The notes beneath the pieces are model-generated. The model was not told the DNA's origin and did no database searches. It saw only the letters and a program-made list of their open reading frames with translations. From assembly GCF_046119375.1 (NCBI RefSeq), contig NW_027362762.1:358112001-358176000 (forward strand): DNA of 64,000 nt, read 5' to 3'. The DNA is from Phyllobates terribilis. Its lineage: Eukaryota. How positions within the stretch are numbered: the first letter of the stretch is position 1; every line of letters starts with the position of its first letter. The position numbers and the translations under genes are program-made. Shown here piece by piece: positions 23,431-37,700 of this stretch.

Positions 23431-25499
23431 GATTTTCAAGGTTCGGCCTCAGATGGTTTCTAAAAAAAAGAGGAACGGAAACATTTAATAGCTAATTCAG
23501 GACTGTTCTTACATACAGGCTTTCTCTTAGCATGGTTTCACAAGTGACATGTTTAAAAGGATTGTCCCTTTTTAAAATGTTATTTAACAATAGGGTTGCA
23601 GAGATCTAAAATAATAAATGCCAATGTAGATGGCATGAGCGGCTGAACCCAGCGAAAGCTTCTGAAAGCTGTGTGAGGTCACTGCTGCAACCAATCATGA
23701 AAGAGTGGAGCAGCATCGGTGAGGCAGTCCTGGACCCGAGGAGGGTAAGTAACTGCCATGTTTATTATTTCAGATCTCTGCAACCCTATGGTACACTAAA
23801 AATATAAGAGACATTCCCCTTAAGAAAAAGGTTGTAGTTTTTTTAACTAAATGGAAGGGCAATAAAAAGAGAAGGATGTCAGAATTCTACTTCTCCTTCT
23901 TGCTGGTTCCACTACTTATTTTGGTTAAAAAAAAATATGCATTGAACAATTTGTTTTTTGTTTTGTCTTCAGGAGGGCACTGCCCCCATGTCTCCCGGAT
24001 TCCTGTCGGTGGGCAGTGCATTACTGATGACTGACAGTTCGGACCAGAGACATGGTTGCGTAGCTGGCCTGAACTATGCATTCTTCGACACTTCAAGCAG
24101 TGGTAGCTTTACCTCTACAGCATTGGAAGAGCACAGGGACACTGAAGCTGGATCTGGCCAACTTCAGAATAGTGCTAGCAAATGGGTGGACTGAAGTAAA
24201 AAGCCAGGTTATCAAACTTAGGATTTAGTTTGGAAAACGAAGGTTTAGCCCCTTCACGACATCCACCATACATATATGGTGCCGCTATTTCTGGTCATCG
24301 CGCAGTGACCGTGTTAAGATGTCTGTTGTCCTGGACAGCAGACCATCCCTGTACGTCGCCCTAGGGGGGGCTGTACCGTTCCCCCCACCCCGTGTCGGCC
24401 ATCGCTGTGATTGGCTGATCAATTCTGACCAGCAAATCACAGCGATTTGACAATAAAGTAAAAAAAAAAAATCAATGTGACACGCTGTGATTGGTGCTGT
24501 CTGAAACAGCATCAATCACAGCAGTCAAAATGGATGGGATGATCAATTTGGCACCAATTGGCTGAATAATAGTTAAGGACCAATCAGCACCAAAAGGGTT
24601 GATCTAAAATAATGATCTCCGGTCTGCACGCCATCTTTTCTTAAGATCTGGAGTGCAGAGTGGTTGTGTAGCATAGCCCCTGTATACCTGTCAGAAAAAG
24701 GAAAATCACTGGTGGCCAATGCGATCCTGCTACGATCTCCTGCATCTTCTGTGTCTCCTTTGCTGTGTGACCAATCTGTGATCACAGCAGCAGCAGTTTT
24801 CAAATCCTTGTTCCAGCTGCCCCCCCGTCCCTCAACCCCCAATTGACCTCCTCTCCTCAACCCCAAATCGATCTCCTCCCCAAAATGCATTTTTGGCGCC
24901 TTTTAAGTGCTTGCCTCCTGCATGCACACCCCTACAGTATTTTTTGCTCAGCATTGAGCATTTGCACACTTTTTTTTGTGACACTGTGTGCAGTTCTCGT
25001 GGCCACACTGCTCTGATCGGTATCGCTGCTGAACAGAGACTGCGCCAAAGGACTTTTTCTTTTTTTTGCTATAGGTAGAGTAGTGGACGTTGCAGTGTTC
25101 GTGACATCTGATTTTCTTGTAGAAAAAAAAATAATAGTAGTTAGTACCAAGTAGCTTTATAGGTAGGGAGGTAGCACATTAGGGAAGCGTACGCTGCAGT
25201 TTTAATGACGTCTGATTTTATTTTGCCGGAAAAAAATAGCACCGAGTATCTTCTTAGCTAGCACATAGGGGAGCGGACATCACTGCAATTTTTTTTTATA
25301 CAAAGGCTTTTTTTTTAACTTCTACTGATTTTTCGTTTCATTTTTTTTTTCTTCTAAATGTTTCTCCTAAATTTTTACTTTTTTTTCTCTACTTTTTATA
25401 GTAAATTTAATAATAAATGATACCCTTTACACACGCCCCCACAATACACATGTAAGCACCACTTACACACACATCCCCAGTGTTTTGAAGAATCAAGAA

Positions 25500-27352
25500 T
25501 ACGCTATTCACCAGAGGAGGCATACACTTTCCTTGCCTTCGACACGGATTCAGGCTTGAGGAAGATCCCACATTTCTCTATTTTTCTTCTTCCTCATCCT
25601 CATCTAGTGAGGAAGGACCCCCAGCAAGGTAACCCCTACAGCAATCGATCCCATATGGACTGCCCCCTACCCCCCCACCCCCCGAAAACGATCAGCCTCT
25701 TATTCCGGATTTAATGGGCAGCTCAAAATTTTCTACAGTGCGGAAATAATAAATCTTATGGTGGTGCGGAAAAATTTATGTGCACATTAATTTTTCACCC
25801 AAAATCCCACATCCTCACATACCAGCTGGACCCCTGTAAATGCACTAGAAAGGATGACATTTTGGGGCATTGTGCTGCATATGGGCATAGTCAGAAAACC
25901 AGAGATTCGGCAGTACTGGAGTACTGATGTACTATATGTACTATACAACACACCAGTATTCTGTATGGCCATGAAAAGGACACAGCCATGGAGTCAGTAA
26001 GTCAAACCCCTGACTCCGACTCCACAGCCCTGCCCCACTACTGAGCATGTACATAAAGTGCAGCACAGATTCATCTCAACTGAAAGCCGAGATCCTTAGA
26101 TCAGAAACAGAACAGACATTTATAGGACATTTCATGACTTTCACAAATTCTTACGAAAAAACTTACAACACCTCCTGCACTGTACTAATGAACCAATTCA
26201 TTATATATTTTAGGAGTCAGTCGGTCCATTTTATATAGACTCAGACTGCACCAAAATGAACACCAACTCCACAGCCCTGTTTGAAGCAATCCAAAAATGT
26301 TAGCATTATAATGATAATGTGCAGTGTCCTCCCCGAGACTATCCTAACTTTGATTATCTATACAAAATTCGGCCAGTTTGCTGAGGCGTACAACCCCCAA
26401 AGGGACATCTGTATAGATGAATCTTTGGTTCATTTCAAAGGGAGACTAAAATTCCAGCCATACCTGCCGAGTAACAGGGCCAGGTACGGAATTAAACTGA
26501 ACAAACTGCGAGAGTACCTCAGGGTGTACCCTCTACGAAGGGCGGGACACCCAAATTGACATTCCTGAATGCCCCTCCCCCGTCCTGGGGGTGAGTGGGA
26601 GAATTGTGTGGGAATTGCTGCACCCACTGCTGGATAAGGGTTATCACCTCTACGTAGATAATTTTTACACCAGCAACCCATTTTTCAAGTCCCTCTCTGT
26701 CAGAGGTACAGATGCATGTGGCACCGTGCGAAGAAATCAGAGAGGCCTTCCTAAGTAGCTAATCGGGCAACTGCTGAGAAAGGGTGTCCGCAAAGTATAA
26801 GGACAAGAGGGATGTCCTATCTTAACCACCATACACCGTGACAACAGCTCCCTTGTCACTATCCAAGGTACCACAACACAAGTCCCAAAGCCAGATTGTA
26901 TCCTGGATTATAATAAATTCATGAGGGTTGCAGATCTCTCAGATCAGGTCCTCAAACCATACAGTGCCATGCAAAAAGCTAAAGTATAGTACAAAAAAAT
27001 GGCAGTTCACATTGTACAGATGGTACTGTACAAGGCTTTTGCGCTGTTAAGATCTAAAGGCAATATGGGGACCTTCCTTCAGTTTCAGGAGGTAGTCATG
27101 AAGGCCCTAATGTTTGGCACTCAGGAAGGTGAAGGTCCCAGTACTTCTGAAACTGATGGTGCCTGTATCATACCAGGTCAACATTTTCCCGGTGAGATTG
27201 CCCAAATTGCAAAAAAGGGAAGATCACAAAAAAATGCAGAGTATGCTCCAAGAGGGGAATCTGAAAAGACACAATTTACCATTGTGAAACCTGCCCTGAG
27301 AAACCTGACCTTTGCATTAAGGATTGCTTCAAAGCGTACCACACATACATAA
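25500..27352 (+). pseudogene. piggyBac transposase pseudogene
   Basis: WTPV...FWGIVLHMG...IRQYWS, ICIDESLVHFKGR...YGIK, NFYTS..., CGTVRRN, KDKRDV, KPDCILDYNKFM..ADLSDQ, and C-terminal CRVC...C..C....C cysteine-rich domain; stops and frameshifts. Confidence 0.85.
25982..26279. mobile_element. hAT-family MITE inserted in the piggyBac transposase
   Basis: GACTCCACAGCCCTG termini; homologous to the other copies. Confidence 0.7.
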
Positions 27353-28769
27353 ATTAATAACATTTGGTTTTACCTTGTTAACACAACACACATTCATAGT
27401 CTGATGTACTCGGCACAACTTACACATACCTCCAAATTATAAATTCATACTGTACATCAGTAAAACCAAAGTCATTATTATCATTACTATAACTAGGACT
27501 CTAGATAATTCCTTGCGGGGTGTAGTTTCCAAAAATTGGGTCACTTTTGGGGTGTTTCCCCTGTTTAGGCACATCAGGGGCTCCCCAAATGCGACATGGC
27601 ACCCGTAAACCACTCCACCAAAGCCTGCAATTAAAACGTCACTCCTTCCTTTTGCAGCTCGGCAGTGTCTCCAAACAGTAGTTTTCCTCCACATATGGGG
27701 TGGTATCGGTGTACTCAGGAGAAATTGCACAACAAATTTTGGGATCCATTTTTTCCTGATACCCTTGTGAAAATAAAAAAATGGGGCTAAAATAACATTT
27801 TTGTGGAAAAAATGTGATTTTTTTTATCTTCATAGCTCAACGTCATAAATTTTTGCAAAGCACCTGGGGTTCAATGTGCTCACCGTACATCTAGATAAAT
27901 TCCTTGAGGGGTCTGCTTTCCAAAATGGGGTCACTTGTGGGGAGTTTCCACTGTTTAGGCACATCAGGGGCTCTGCAAATACAACATGGCGTCCGCTATT
28001 GATTCCAGACACTTTTGCGTTACAAAAGTCAAACGGTGGTCCTTCCCTTCCGAGTGCCCAAACAGTAGTTTTCCCCCACATATGGGGTATCAGCGTACTC
28101 AGAAGAAATTGCCCAACAAATTGTATGGACCTGAGCATGACAGCGTGATGCTGTCACGCTCAGGTCCGCATAGCAGACAGCCAATCCGAGGATTGCGAGT
28201 AATATGGCAGTCTGACTGAATCAGTGACGTCAGTGCCAGGTTGAGCGGGAATATGGGTGGGGGAAGGAGGGAATATATTAATTTCGCATGTACTTAAGCT
28301 TGACTTGCTGGCGTGCGAGTATAAATTTTCCGGGACTTACAGCAACACAAAGGGGCAACAAAGCAATAAAAGTTACATAGCCTCAAAGGGCTGCCCGAGC
28401 TCTATTTTAGGATACTATTGGTATGGTACCAAAAAATAACATGACAAATTCCCTTTAAAGGGTTAAATCAGCAGTAACATCCTGTATCACACAAATTTCA
28501 CAGCCATTTCTGACTACAGATGACAAAGTAATCCAAAATGGTGATGTTTGGTGATGGCAGCATAGCGAAACAAGGTTACAGGGGGATCGGCTGCTGCTAT
28601 CACATGTGCTGCTGGACACTGAGCATAAGTATGTAACTTACACCAGTGCTCAGTATACAGCAGCGTACAATAGGTTCTGTAGTGGTGTCCCCACTGCAAA
28701 ATGAGACCCTGCTGTAGAGTGATCACTGATATAAGGTGTATTTAGACACACAGACTGCATATACTACAG

Positions 28770-31700
28770 CTATATAGGTGTACAGAGCCTACTCTATACG
28801 TTACACAGTAGGTATATAGGCGTGCAAAGCCTACTCTATATGTTACACTGTGGGTATATAGAAGCACAGAGCCTACGCTATACGTTACACTGTAGGTATA
28901 TAGGAGTACACAGCCTACTCTATACGTTACACTGTGGGTATATAGGAGTGCACAGCCTACTCTATACGTTACACTGTCGGTATATAGGAGTACAGAGCCT
29001 ACTCTATAAGTTACACTGTCGGTATATAGGAGTACACAGCCTACTCTATATGTTACACTGTGGGTATATAGAAGTACACAGCCTACTCTATAAGTTACAC
29101 TGTCGGTATATAGGAGCACAGAGCCTACTCTATACGTTACACTGTCGGTATATAGAAGCACAGGGCCTACGCTATACGTTACACTGTAGGTATATAGGAG
29201 TACACAGCCTACTCTATACGTTACACTGTAGGTATATAGAAATACACAGCCTACTCTATACGTTACACTATGGGTATATAGGAGCACAGAGCCTACTCTA
29301 TACGTTACACTGTGGGTATATAGGAGTACACAGCCTACTCTATACGTTACACTGTAGGTATATAAAAATACACAGCCTACTCTATACGTTACACTGTAGG
29401 TATATAGAAATACACAGCCTACTCTATAGGTTACACTGTGGGTATATAGGAGTACACAGCCTACTCTATACGTAACACTGTGGGTATATAGGAGTACACA
29501 GCCTACTCTATAAGTTACACTGTCAGTATATAGGAGTACACAGCCTTCTCTATACGTTACACTGTAGCTATATAGGAGTACACAGCCTACTCTATACGTT
29601 ACACTGTGGGTATTGTAAGGCAGCGCTAGTCATCATAATGGGGGTTACTCGCTGCACCGGGTCAATTAAGGCACATAAGCAATGTATTTACGCTTTTCTC
29701 ACAATGTTGCAGTTTATTACATAATAAGCCACAGTTCACCGGGTCCAACTCCGTGGCACGCCGACACACATATCTACAATATTCATGAGACAAGTGGCAC
29801 ACAGGCCCACTTGCTCCAGGTTACAGCCTACGGCAAGGTAATAAATTATCAATGTCCATAACACAGTCCATGTAACAAAGTGTATTACCTTTGCCGGGTT
29901 TTAGCTGCTACAGTCCGTTTATTCCGCCACCACTGTGGCTTTGCGGCTTTCCCAGGTGGGGGTCTCTAGCCGTCGTCCCCTCGTAGGCTACTGGTATGTC
30001 TTCCACACTTGACATCCAGCCTGCGCCTTTCAGGGTTCTTCACCAAGCCGGCTCTCCCTCAAAGGCCACTGACATCCACGCACAGGATCCAGGCTCGGCC
30101 TTTCAGGCTGCCAGGCTTCACTCTCGGCCTCCGTAGGCCTCTCACAAACGGTGTCCCACACACACGGAGCACAGGCCTCACGCCTCACACACCTGTCTCA
30201 AATTACCAGGGTTTATATATCCTGTGCACACACAAACTGACAGGACCTTGCTGATGTCACAGTCATGTGATCAGTCAGCAGTGTGTATAGGTCCTGTGTG
30301 CTGTCCCAGTCATGTGTACAGACCTTTACTGTGCATACAGGACCTGTGTGATGTCACAGTCATGTGACCAGTCACCTGAGGGGAGAGGTATATGGTCAGG
30401 TAAAACACATCCTAGACCATTACCGTAATGCAAGCACGTCGCTGCATTACAGTATATAGGAGTACACAGCATACTCTATACGTTACACTGTCGTTATATA
30501 GGAGTACAGAGCCTACTCTATAAGTTACACTGTCGGTATATAGGAGTACACAGCCTACTCTATACGTTACACTGTGGGTATATAGGAGTGCACAGCCTAC
30601 TCTATATGTTACACTGTGGGTATATAGAAGTACACAGCCTACTCTATACGTTACACTGTCGGTATATAGGAGTACACAGCCTACTCTATACGTTACACTG
30701 TGGGTATATAGGAGTACACAGCCTACTCTATACGTTACACTGTCGGTATACAGGAGTACACAGCCTACTCTATACGTTACACTGTGGGTATATAGGAGTG
30801 CACAGCCTACTCTATACGTTACACTGTCGGTATATAGGAGTACACAGCCTACTCTATACGTTACACTGTGGGTATATAGGAGTACACAGCCTACTCTATA
30901 CATTATACTGTGGGTATATAGGAGTACACAGCCTACTCTATACGTTACACTGTGGGTATATATAGGAGTACACAGCCTACTCTATACGTTACACTGTGGG
31001 TATATAGGAGTACACAGCCTACTCTATACGTTACACTGTCGGTATATAGGAGTACACAGCCTACTCTATACGTTACACTGTGGGTATATATAGGAGTACA
31101 CAGCCTACTCTATACGTTACACTGTGGGTATATAGGAGTACACAGCCTACTCTATACGTTACACTGTCGGTATATAGGAGTAGACAGCCTACTCTATACA
31201 TTACACTGTCGGTATATAGGAGCACAGAGCCTACTCTATACGTTACACTGTCGGTATATAGGAGCACAGAGCCTACTCTATACGTTACACTGTCGGTATA
31301 TAGGAGTACACAGCCTACTCTATACGTTACACTGTGGGTATATATAGGAGTACACAACCTACTCTATACGTTACACTGTGGGTATATAGGAGTACACAGC
31401 CTACTCTATACGTTACACTGTCGGTATATAGGAGCACAGAGCCTACTCTATACGTTACACTGTCGGTATATAGGAGTAGACAGCCTACTCTATACGTTAC
31501 ACTGTCGGTATATAGGAGTAGACAGCCTACTCTATACGTTACACTGTCGGTATATAGGAGTACACAGCCTACTCTATACGTTACACTGTCGGTATATAGG
31601 AGTACACAGCCTACTCTATACGTTAAACTGTCGGTATATAGGAGTACACAGCCTACTCTATACGTTACACTGTGGGTATATAGGAGTAGACAGCCTACTC

Positions 31701-34700
31701 TATACGTTACACTGTCGGTATATAGGAGTAGACAGCCTACTCTATACGTTACACTGTCGGTATATAGGAGTAGACAGCCTACTCTATACGTTACACTGTC
31801 GGTATATAGGAGTAGACAGCCTACTCTATACGTTACACTGTCGGTATATAGGAGTACACAGCCTACTCTATACGTTACACTGTGGGTATATAGGAGTACA
31901 CAGCCTACTCTATACGTTACACTGTGGGTATATAGGAGTAGACAGCCTACTCTATACGTTACACTGTCGGTATATAGGAGTAGACAGCCTACTCTATACG
32001 TTACACTGTCGGTATATAGGAGTACAGAGCCTACTCTATACGTTACACTGTGGGTATATAGGAGTAGACAGCCTACTCTATACGTTACACTGTCGGTATA
32101 TAGGAGTAGACAGCCTACTCTATACGTTACACTGTCGGTATATAGGAGTACACAGCCTACTCTATACGTTACACTGTCGGTATATAGGAGTACACAGCCT
32201 ACTCTATACGTTACACTGTCGGTATATAGCAGTACACAGCCTACTCTATATTTTACACTGTAGGTATATAGAAGTACACAGCCTACTCTATACGTTACAC
32301 TGTCGGTATATAGGAGTACAGAGCCTACTCTATACGTTACACTGTGGGTATATAGGAGCACAGAGCCTACTCTATACGTTACACTGTGGGTATATAGGAG
32401 TACACAGCCTACTCTATACGTTACACTGTCGGTATATAGGAGTACACAGCCTACTCTATACGTTACACTGTCGGTATATAGGAGTACACAGCCTACTCTA
32501 TACGTTACATTGTCGGTATATAGGAGTGCACAGCCTACTCTATACGTTACACTGTGGGTATATAGGAGCGCACAGCCTACTCTATACGTTACACTGTCGG
32601 TATATAGGAGCACAGAGCCTACTCTATACGTTACACTGTGGGTATATAGGAGCACACAGCCTACTCTATACGTTACACTGTGGGTATATAGGAGTACACA
32701 GCCTACTCTATACGTTACACTGTCGGTATATAGGAGTACACAGCCTACTCTATACGTTACACTGTCGGTATATAGGAGTACACAGCCTACTCTATACGTT
32801 ACACTGTCGGTATATAGGAGTACAGAGCCTACTCTATACGTTACACTGTGGGTATATAGGAGCACAGAGCCTACTCTATACGTTACACTGTGGGTATATA
32901 GGAGCACACAGCCTACTCTATACGTTACACTGTGGGTATATAGGAGTACACAGCCTACTCTATACGTTATACTGTCGGTATATAGGAGTACACAGCCTAC
33001 TCTATACGTTACACTGTCGGTATATAGGAGTACACAGCCTACTCTATACGTTACACTGTGGGTATATAGGAGTACACAGCCTACTCTATACGTTACACTG
33101 TGGGTATATTTAGTACACAGCCTACTCTATACGTTACACTGTGGGTATATATAGGAGTACACAGCCTACTCTATACGTTACACTGTGGGTATATAGGAGT
33201 ACACAGCCTACTCTATACGTTACACTGTCGGTATATAGGAGTACACAGCCTACTCTATACGTTACACTGTCGGTATATAGGAGTACACAGCCTACTCTAT
33301 ACGTTACACTATCGGTATATAGGAGTACACAGCCTACTCTATACGTTACACTGTGGGTATATAGGAGTGCACAGCCTACTCTATACGTTACACTGTCGGT
33401 ATATAGGAGTACAGAGCCTACTCTATACGTTACACTGTGGGTATATAGGAGCACACAGCCTACTCTATACGTTACACTGTGGGTATATAGGAGTACACAG
33501 CCTACTCTATACGTTACACTGTCGGTATATAGGAGTACACAGCCTACTCTATACGTTACACTGTCGGTATATAGGAGTACAGAGCCTACTCTATACGTTA
33601 CACTGTGGGTATATAGGAGCACAGAGCCTACTCTATACGTTACACTGTGGGTATATAGGAGTAGACAGCCTACTCTATACGTTACACTGTGGGTATATAT
33701 AGGAGTACACAGCCTACTCTATACGTTACACTGTCGGTATATAGGAGTACACAGCCTACTCTATACGTTACACTGTGGGTATATATAGGAGTACACAGCC
33801 TACTCTATACGTTACACTGTGGGTATATAGGAGTACACAGCCTACTCTATACGTTACACTGTCGGTATATAGGAGTACACAGCCTACTCTATACGTTACA
33901 CTGTCGGTATATAGGAGTAGACAGCCTACTCTATACGTTACTCTGTCGGTATATAGGAGTACACAGCCTACTCTATACGTTACACTGTCGGTATATAGGA
34001 GCACAGAGCCTACTCTATACGTTACACTGTGGGTATATAGGAGTAGACAGCCTACTCTATACGTTACACTGTCGGTATATAGGAGTAGACAGCCTACTCT
34101 ATACGTTACACTGTCGGTATATAGGAGTAGACAGCCTACTCTATACGTTACACTGTCGGTATACAGGAGTACACAGCCTACTCTATACGTTACACTGTCG
34201 GTATATAGGAGTACACAGCCTACTCTATACGTTACACTGTCGGTATATAGGAGTACACAGCCTACTCTATACGTTACACTGTGGGTATATAGGAGTACAC
34301 AGCCTACTCTATACGTTACACTGTGGGTATATAGGAGTAGACAGCCTACTCTATACGTTACACTGTCGGTATATAGGAGTAGACAGCCTACTCTATACGT
34401 TACACTGTCGGTATATAGGAGTACAGAGCCTACTCTATACGTTACACTGTGGGTATATAGGAGTAGACAGCCTACTCTATACGTTACACTGTCGGTATAT
34501 AGGAGTAGACAGCCTACTCTATACGTTACACTGTCGGTATATAGGAGTACACAGCCTACTCTATACGTTACACTGTCGGTATATAGGAGTACACAGCCTA
34601 CTCTATACGTTACACTGTCGGTATATAGCAGTACACAGCCTACTCTATATTTTACACTGTAGGTATATAGAAGTACACAGCCTACTCTATACGTTACACT

Positions 34701-37700
34701 GTCGGTATATAGGAGTACAGAGCCTACTCTATACGTTACACTGTGGGTATATAGGAGCACAGAGCCTACTCTATACGTTACACTGTGGGTATATAGGAGT
34801 ACACAGCCTACTCTATACGTTACGCTGTCGGTATATAGGAGTACACAGCCTACTCTATACGTTACACTGTCGGTATATAGGAGTACACAGCCTACTCTAT
34901 ACGTTACATTGTCGGTATATAGGAGTACACAGCCTACTCTATACGTTACACTGTGGGTATATAGGAGCGCACAGCCTACTCTATACGTTACACTGTCGGT
35001 ATATAGGAGCACAGAGCCTACTCTATACGTTACACTGTGGGTATATAGGAGCACACAGCCTACTCTATACGTTACACTGTGGGTATATAGGAGTACACAG
35101 CCTACTCTATACGTTACACTGTCGGTATATAGGAGTACACAGCCTACTCTATACGTTACACTGTCGGTATATAGGAGTACACAGCCTACTCTATACGTTA
35201 CACTGTCGGTATATAGGAGTACAGAGCCTACTCTATACGTTACACTGTGGGTATATAGGAGCACAGAGCCTACTCTATACGTTACACTGTGGGTATATAC
35301 GAGCACACAGCCTACTCTATACGTTACACTGTGGGTATATAGGAGTACACAGCCTACTCTATACGTTATACTGTCGGTATATAGGAGTACACAGCCTACT
35401 CTATACGTTACACTGTGGGTATATAGGAGTACACAGCCTACTCTATACGTTACACTGTGGGTATATAGGAGTACACAGCCTACTCTATACGTTACACTGT
35501 GGGTATATATAGGAGTACACAGCCTACTCTATACGTTACACTGTGGGTATATAGGAGTACACAGCCTACTCTATACGTTACACTGTCGGTATATAGGAGT
35601 ACACAGCCTACTCTATACGTTACACTGTCGGTATATAGGAGTACAGAGCCTACTCTATACGTTACACTGTGGGTATATAGGAGCACAGAGCCTACTCTAT
35701 ACGTTACACTGTGGGTATATAGGAGTAGACAGCCTACTCTATACGTTACACTGTGGATATATAGGAGTAGACAGCCTAATCTATACGTTACACTGTCGGT
35801 ATATAGGAGTACACAGCCTACTCTATACGTTACACTGTGGGTATATATAGGAGTACACAGCCTACTCTATACGTTACACTGTGGGTATATAGGAGTACAC
35901 AGCCTACTCTATACGTTACACTGTCGGTATATAGGAGTACACAGCCTACTCTATACGTTACACTGTCGGTATATAGGAGTACACAGCCTACTCTATACGT
36001 TACACTGTCGGTATATAGGAGTACACAGCCTACTCTATACGTTACACTGTCGGTATATAGGAGTACACAGCCTACTCTATACGTTACACTGTGGGTATAT
36101 AGGAGTGCACAGCCTACTCTATACGTTACACTGTCGGTATATAGGAGTACAGAGCCTACTCTATACGTTACACTGTGGGTATATAGGAGCACACAGCCTA
36201 CTCTATACGTTACACTGTGGGTATATAGGAGTACACAGCCTACTCTATACGTTACACTGTCGGTATATAGGAGTACACAGCCTACTCTATACGTTACACT
36301 GTGGGTATATATAGGAGTACACAGCCTACTCTATACGTTACACTGTGGGTATATAGGAGTACACAGCCTACTCTATACGTTACACTGTCGGTATATAGGA
36401 GTACACAGCCTACTCTATACGTTACACTGTGGGTATATATAGGAGTACACAGCCTACTCTATACGTTACACTGTCGGTATATAGGAGTACACAGCCTACT
36501 CTATATTTTACACTGTAGGTATATAGAAGTACACAGCCTACTCTATACGTTACACTGTCGGTATATAGGAGTACACAGCCTACTCTATACGTTACACTGT
36601 CGGTATATAGGAGTACAGAGCCTACTCCATACGTTACACTGTGGGTATATAGGAGCACAGAGCCTACTCTATACGTTACACTGTCGGTATATAGGAGTAC
36701 AGAGCCTACTCTATACGTTACACTGTGGGTATATAGGAGTACACAGCCTACTCTATACGTTACACTGTCGGTATATAGGAGTACACAGCCTACTCTATAC
36801 GTTACACTGTCGGTATATAGGAGTACACAGCCTACTCTATATGTTACACTGTCGGTATACAGGAGTACACAGCCTACTCTATACGTTACACTGTCGGTAT
36901 ATAGGAGTACAGAGCCTACTCCATACGTTACACTGTGGGTATATAGGAGCACAGAGCCTACTCTATACGTTACACTGTCGGTATATAGGAGTACAGAGCC
37001 TACTCTATACGTTACACTGTGGGTATATAGGAGTACACAGCCTACTCTATACGTTACACTGTCGGTATATAGGAGTACACAGCCTACTCTATACGTTACA
37101 CTGTCGGTATATAGGAGTACAGAGCCTACTCTATACGTTACACTGTGGGTATATAGGAGCACAGAGCCTACTCTATACGTTACACTGGGGTATATAGGAG
37201 TAGACAGCCTACTCTATACGTTACACTGTCGGTATATAGGAGTAGACAGCCTAATCTATACGTTACACTGTCGGTATATAGGAGTACACAGCCTACTCTA
37301 TACGTTACACTGTGGGTATATATAGGAGTACACAGCCTACTCTATACGTTACACTGTGGGTATATAGGAGTACACAGCCTACTCTATACGTTACACTGTC
37401 GGTATATAGGAGTATACAGCCTACTCTATACGTTACACTGTCGGTATATAGGAGTACACAGCCTACTCTATACGTTACAATGTCGGTATATAGGAGTAGA
37501 CAGCCTACTCTATACGTTACACTGTCGGTATATAGGAGTACACAGCCTACTCTATACGTTACACTGTCGGTATATAGGAGCACAGAGCCTACTCTATACG
37601 TTACACTGTGGGTATATAGGAGTACACAGCCTACTCTATACGTTACACTGTCGGTATATAGGAGTAGACAGCCTACTCTATAAGTTACACTGTCGGTATA

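Larger units (their letters stand above)
24247..28130 (+). mobile_element. Degenerate autonomous-type piggyBac (PGBD4-like) element, right end truncated
   Basis: TTAGCCCCTTCACGAC start, transposase remnants, and 3' repeats shared with 50430-52500. Confidence 0.75.
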
